Below, one piece after another: positions 56,782 to 60,762 of a stretch of DNA of 60,762 nucleotides. The position numbers and the translations under genes were made by a program. Positions within the stretch are counted from its first letter, which is position 1. Each line of letters opens with the position of its first letter. Origin of the DNA: an uncultured Bacteroides sp. (GTDB lineage: Bacteria > Bacteroidota > Bacteroidia > Bacteroidales > Muribaculaceae); the NCBI GenBank assembly GCA_964556785.1, contig CAZKXM010000001.1, forward strand, positions 1 to 60,762, written 5' to 3'. Below the pieces are notes generated by a model. It did not search any database, was not told where the DNA came from, and saw only the letters and a list, made by a program, of their open reading frames with translations.

Positions 56782-57627
56782 ATGAACGATTACATAGAGG
56801 CGCGCATCGACCTGTCGCCTTGCTCTGAAACCATAACCGACATTGCGGCAGCCATGCTGGCCGATGTCGGCTTTGAGAGTTTTGTGGCTGACGAAAACGG
56901 CCTCACAGCCTATATCCGCAAAGAGCTGTTCAACCGCGAAGCGATCGGCGACGCCCTCGAAGCTATGCCGGTCGACACCGAGGCGAAAATCAGTGTCACC
57001 GAGATCGAGGGGCGCGACTGGAATGCCGAATGGGAGCGCAACTATTTCCAGCCCATTGTAGCCGGAGGCGGCCGCTGCGTGATCCACAGTTCGTTTCACA
57101 CCGGATATCCCGAAGCTGAATTCGATATCACCATCGATCCCAAGATGGCGTTCGGAACAGGCCATCATGCCACGACATCTCTCATAATCGACCGCCTCCT
57201 CGAAATGCCGCTCAAGGGGCGCAAGGTGATGGACATGGGCACCGGAACAGCGATCCTCGCCATCCTTGCAGCCATGCGCGGAGCCGAGGTGAAAGCCGTT
57301 GAAATCGACGAGTTCGCCCACACGAATGCACTCGAAAACGTGAAACTAAACGGACATCCGGAAATTGAAATAGCACTCGGCGATGCGTCGGCACTCGAAT
57401 CGGTTTCAGACATCGACCTCTTTCTGGCAAACATTAACCGCAATGTCATCACGGCTGATCTGCCCCTCTATGCCCGGACGCTCGCTCCGGGAGCCGACGT
57501 GATTCTCAGCGGATTCTACGTAGAGGATATTCCCGTTGTTGCCCGGGCAGCGGCTCAGTGCGGGCTCGCGGTTGTTGACCACACCGAGCGAAACCGTTGG
57601 GCATCAATCCATCTCAAAGCCTCATAA
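56782..57627 (+). CDS. prmA: ribosomal protein L11 methyltransferase
   Basis: ..FGTGHHATT.., SAM motif VMDMGTGTAILAI. Confidence 0.9.
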   Translation: MNDYIEARIDLSPCSETITDIAAAMLADVGFESFVADENGLTAYIRKELFNREAIGDALEAMPVDTEAKISVTEIEGRDWNAEWERNYFQPIVAGGGRCVIHSSFHTGYPEAEFDITIDPKMAFGTGHHATTSLIIDRLLEMPLKGRKVMDMGTGTAILAILAAMRGAEVKAVEIDEFAHTNALENVKLNGHPEIEIALGDASALESVSDIDLFLANINRNVITADLPLYARTLAPGADVILSGFYVEDIPVVARAAAQCGLAVVDHTERNRWASIHLKAS

Positions 57628-57664
57628 CCAACTTCATTCCATCACCTTCCATCACAAAGCCTCC

Positions 57665-58207
57665 ATGAATATATTGCGCAAGTTAATGCTTTGGGCTGCC
57701 ATCGCAACCGCGACACAGGCACTGTGTCAGCAGGCCCAGACTGAAAACCACTGTAAATTCACGTGGGGCGCCGATGCGGGCGCATCGGTAGATGTGGTGG
57801 GCAACGACATGTCAACCTTAGCCCTTAACGCCTACTTCGGCTGGCAGAACCCCTATGTCGACATCATGGGAGTGGGTGCCGGCATCGACATGATGGTGAG
57901 CAACAATGCCCGCGCCTTTCCCCTCTTCGGCATTCTGCGCACAAGCTTCCGCGACAAGCCCTCGCTTTGTTTCATGGATCTCCGCTTCGGAGCCGTGCTC
58001 AACGAGATGTGGGACACCTCCCGCAAATGTGCGGTTTACGCCTCTCCCGGCGTGGGCTTCAATCTCGCCTTCAGCAAAAAATTCAAGAGCTACATCATTA
58101 TCTCTTACACATACAACGGCTTAAAATTCACTTCGGCCGATGCCGACCCTATCGACACATTCAACGGCCTCCACTCGGTTGACGCGCGGATAGGCATCAG
58201 CTTCTGA
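57665..58207 (+). CDS. hypothetical small outer-membrane beta-barrel-like protein
   Basis: The signal peptide is MNILRKLMLWAAIATATQALCQ. It has alternating beta pattern and a terminal ..DARIGISF. Confidence 0.55.
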   Translation: MNILRKLMLWAAIATATQALCQQAQTENHCKFTWGADAGASVDVVGNDMSTLALNAYFGWQNPYVDIMGVGAGIDMMVSNNARAFPLFGILRTSFRDKPSLCFMDLRFGAVLNEMWDTSRKCAVYASPGVGFNLAFSKKFKSYIIISYTYNGLKFTSADADPIDTFNGLHSVDARIGISF

Positions 58208-58295
58208 AAAAATAATGCTTGCGCTTACCTGACACCCTGTCTCAGCGAACCGTCAGGGGCGAAAACGTGTTGTAAATTCATTAACACAATGAATT

Positions 58296-59990
58296 ATGGA
58301 CACTAAAAAGCCAAAAAAAGTCGCCGGACAGGTTGCCGAGATGCTTGCCGACGCTGGTGTGAAACACCTCTATGCCATTACGGGCGACAGCCTGAACGAT
58401 CTTACTGATGCAATAGCTGCCGACGGAAGGGTTAAGTTTGTCCACATGCGCCATGAAGAATCGGGCGCGTTTGCCGCAAGCGCCGAAGCCCAACTGACCG
58501 GACGGCTCGCTGCCTGCGCCGGCAGTAGCGGCCCGGGACACGTACACCTGATCAACGGCCTCTATGATGCCCAGCGCAGCAATGCGCCGGTGCTCGCCAT
58601 TGCATCGACATGCGCGTCGGCAATGTTCGGCACGGAGTATTTTCAGGAAACCAACCCTACCCTGCTGTTCTCAAACTGCAACGTCTACAACGAGATGGCC
58701 GTCACCCCCACCCAGGTTCCCCACATGCTTCAGGCTGCAATGCAGGAGGCTGTGGGTCGCGGCGGTGTCGGTGTGGTTGGTCTTCCCGCCGATGTGATAG
58801 GTCAGCCCGCTGTCGACTCATACGCTTCAACCACTCCTCTTTACACCCGGCGCCTCCCCGAGCCGTCAGCTGCCGAGATCGATGCTGCGGCAAAACTCAT
58901 CAACGAGGGTGCTACGGTTGCCATCTTTGCCGGCCACGGAGCAAGCGGAGCCGCCGATCTGGTCAACGAGCTGTCAGAGAAACTCAACGCCCCTATGGCC
59001 ACGACCTACAAGAGTCAGCTCGAACTCATGGGAAAATGCAAGAACTATGTCGGCCACATGGCATACCTTGGAATGTGGTCGGCTGAGCAGGCTGTCGCTT
59101 CGGCCGATGTGCTGATTTTGCTGGGCATGAACTTCCCCTATCCCGGATTCTTCCCCGATGACAAAAAGACAATTCAGGTTGATGTGAGGGCTGAGCGACT
59201 TGGACGCAAGACCAAGGTTGACGTAGGTGTTAGATCTGACGTAGGCCTGTTCCTGTCGGCGTTGCTACCGAAGGTTAATGCTAAACCCGACACCACCTTC
59301 CTCAACGGGGCCCTTTCCGATTATGCCGCCATCAAGGAGAAATTCGCCGAGCCGGTGAAGAATCCCGGTACAAATGGCTCGATACGCCCCGAATACATGC
59401 TCAGCCTGCTTGACCGGCTGGCCGACGACAATGCCGTGTTTACCGTTGACACAGGCATGAACAATCTTTGGACCTCCCACTATCTCACCCAGAAAGTCGA
59501 TCGCCGCATGTTAGGCTCGTTCTCTCACGGATCCATGGCCAATGCCATGCCGATGGCTATCGGGGCGAAGTTTGCCTGCCCCGACAGGCAGGTGATAGCC
59601 GTGTGTGGCGACGGCGGTTTCGCCATGCTGATGGGTGAATTGCTCACAATAGTGCAATATAACCTTCCCGTCAAGCTGCTCGTTGCCGACAACCGCAGCC
59701 TCGCCTTTGTCAAATGGGAAATGGAGATGGCCGGCCTGACTCCGAATGAAACCGACCTGAAAAATCCCGACTTCGGTAAGATGGCCGAGGTGGTGGGGCT
59801 CCAAGCCGAGACTGTCGACGATCCCGCCGAGCTCGAAGCCGCTATGAAGCGCTGGCTGGCAGCCGACGGCCCTGCCCTTCTGTCAGTTGTCACCGATACT
59901 GACGCTGCCTCCTTCAGCTTCTCAGAAAAGCTCATGGAGTCAGCACGCCCCGGAAATCCGCTGAGCAACTTCGGCCCGTTAGGTAGCTGA
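58296..59990 (+). CDS. thiamine-diphosphate enzyme, pyruvate oxidase / PoxB-like
   Basis: It has TPP_enzyme N, M and C domains. The ThDP motif is GDGGFAM...N, and the N-terminal HEESGAFAA is typical of the POX/ALS family. Confidence 0.75.
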   Translation: MDTKKPKKVAGQVAEMLADAGVKHLYAITGDSLNDLTDAIAADGRVKFVHMRHEESGAFAASAEAQLTGRLAACAGSSGPGHVHLINGLYDAQRSNAPVLAIASTCASAMFGTEYFQETNPTLLFSNCNVYNEMAVTPTQVPHMLQAAMQEAVGRGGVGVVGLPADVIGQPAVDSYASTTPLYTRRLPEPSAAEIDAAAKLINEGATVAIFAGHGASGAADLVNELSEKLNAPMATTYKSQLELMGKCKNYVGHMAYLGMWSAEQAVASADVLILLGMNFPYPGFFPDDKKTIQVDVRAERLGRKTKVDVGVRSDVGLFLSALLPKVNAKPDTTFLNGALSDYAAIKEKFAEPVKNPGTNGSIRPEYMLSLLDRLADDNAVFTVDTGMNNLWTSHYLTQKVDRRMLGSFSHGSMANAMPMAIGAKFACPDRQVIAVCGDGGFAMLMGELLTIVQYNLPVKLLVADNRSLAFVKWEMEMAGLTPNETDLKNPDFGKMAEVVGLQAETVDDPAELEAAMKRWLAADGPALLSVVTDTDAASFSFSEKLMESARPGNPLSNFGPLGS

Positions 59991-60016
59991 TTCGATTTCC
60001 GTCACAACAGAAATAA

Positions 60017-60055
60017 CAAGGCCCGCTGAAAAAATTCGGCGGGCCTTGGTTTATT
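60017..60055. terminator. bidirectional terminator between the PoxB-like gene and glgP
   Basis: 10-bp stem caaggcccgc / gcgggccttg (60017-26 / 60039-48), followed by gtttatt. Confidence 0.75.
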
Positions 60056-60076
60056 CAGATTGATTATTGAGCCGTA

Positions 60077-60762
60077 TCAGATCCAGCGAACGAACGCGAA
60101 GTCCTGACGGGTGGGCAGGTCGGCATTCTTGGGGAAGAGACGGAAGGCATAGCGGAACATGCCGGGATCATGGAGGCGACCGTTGTAAACAAAGGTTGCC
60201 ACATTGCCGTCGAGCTGTGTCAGCTCAAATTCACTCGACTCCTCAAACTCCTCCTGACCGTTGACGATCTTGTAGACAACCATCTCGAGTCCAAGGTCGC
60301 GGCCAATGCCGTTAGTGTCGACAACAGCCTTGAAATGGAACTCCTGACCGGTGTTTCCGGCACCCGAGAGCTGATCAACGCCATCGAGCGACAGCACTTT
60401 CACTCCGTCCCACTCGCGGGCAAACTTTTCTTTCCAAGCAGCCATCTCGCGCGCTTTGCGGAAGTTGTCGGCTGCCAGCGAATCAAAGCGGCGTGCCTCT
60501 TTGTCATAGAAGCGCGAGATATAATCGTCGATCATTCGCTTCATGGTGAAGTGAGGCGCGATATTGCCGATCGAACGCTTGATATACTGGATCCACTCAG
60601 GCGAGTAGCCCTTCGAATTCTTGGCGAAGTAGAGAGGCACGATCTCGATTTCGAGCATCGAATAGATTGTAGCTGCGTCAAGCTTGTCCTGCTGACCCTG
60701 ATCGGCGCAAGTGCGCTTCTCGGTGAGAGCCCATCCGGCTTTTTCGTCGAAGCGATAGCCTT
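60077..60762 (-). CDS. alpha-glucan (glycogen/starch) phosphorylase family protein, C-terminal part (5' end outside window)
   Basis: The frame stays open to the window edge (..GYRFDEKAGWALTEKRT...ATIYSMLEIEIVPLYF...WIQYIKRSIGNIAPHFTMKRMIDDY..). Similarity to the C-terminal region of Bacteroidales alpha-glucan phosphorylases is by recollection. Confidence 0.6.
   Translation of the reverse strand, partial: GYRFDEKAGWALTEKRTCADQGQQDKLDAATIYSMLEIEIVPLYFAKNSKGYSPEWIQYIKRSIGNIAPHFTMKRMIDDYISRFYDKEARRFDSLAADNFRKAREMAAWKEKFAREWDGVKVLSLDGVDQLSGAGNTGQEFHFKAVVDTNGIGRDLGLEMVVYKIVNGQEEFEESSEFELTQLDGNVATFVYNGRLHDPGMFRYAFRLFPKNADLPTRQDFAFVRWI

Noticed and set aside
1-60762. A whole-window look for CRISPR repeats, rRNA, tRNA, IS elements, integrases, restriction-modification systems, toxin-antitoxin pairs and known defence genes.
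   Set aside because: I found none. Intergenic spaces are short except those discussed, no regularly spaced repeats were seen, and no ORF has recombinase, nuclease or methylase signatures that I can recognise by eye. A computational scan (tRNAscan-SE, Infernal, DefenseFinder/PADLOC) would be the decisive check.

Overview
This 60.8 kb window looks like a Bacteroidota (Bacteroidales-like) chromosome. Evidence for that: TAnnTTTG -7 promoter boxes, T9SS C-terminal sorting tails, a purH-mreBCD-mrdA-rodA gene order, and about 55-60 % G+C in 60-nt lines I counted by hand.

Almost all of it is tightly packed core metabolism and cell-envelope genes:
- thrS'-infC-rpmI-rplT; hpt, adk; yicC-gmk-nadD-DUF5063; tsaB
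- purH-mreB-mreC-mreD-mrdA-rodA; fldA; serC-serA; rarA; purM; mltF
- DUF3332-dedA-rpe-(ATP-grasp-like); TPR-ribH; mtnN-luxS-(AlbA_2)
- purE-ispG-ribD-amylase-propeller-esterase; TolC/HlyD/MFS efflux; purL
- a DAACS transporter; SPOR-nitroreductase-DUF2520-kdsC-maf; two YtxH genes plus a holin-like gene; prmA; a PoxB-like TPP enzyme; glgP'

I found no rRNA, tRNA, CRISPR array, integrase, transposase or recognisable defence genes.

The only clearly accessory DNA is a low-G+C stretch (about 4.08-8.2 kb, about 30 % G+C in sampled lines). It carries a large T9SS-sorted GLUG/MBG/Big_2 adhesin-like gene broken in two places:
- a 1-nt frameshift in a T7 tract that cuts off its ATG and signal peptide
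- an in-frame TAG

The same stretch also holds an acidic lipoprotein gene and an unexplained G+C-rich 350-nt non-coding spacer with a 21-bp inverted repeat. A second, smaller low-G+C insertion (an orphan T9SS cargo gene) sits between serC and rarA.

I did not find a convincing new multi-gene system. The best leads are the broken or possibly switchable adhesin locus, the non-coding spacer, a G+C-rich structured element between the TPR-ribH and mtnN-luxS units, and a few uncharacterised genes embedded in housekeeping operons. All family assignments come from motif recognition by eye, not from database searches.
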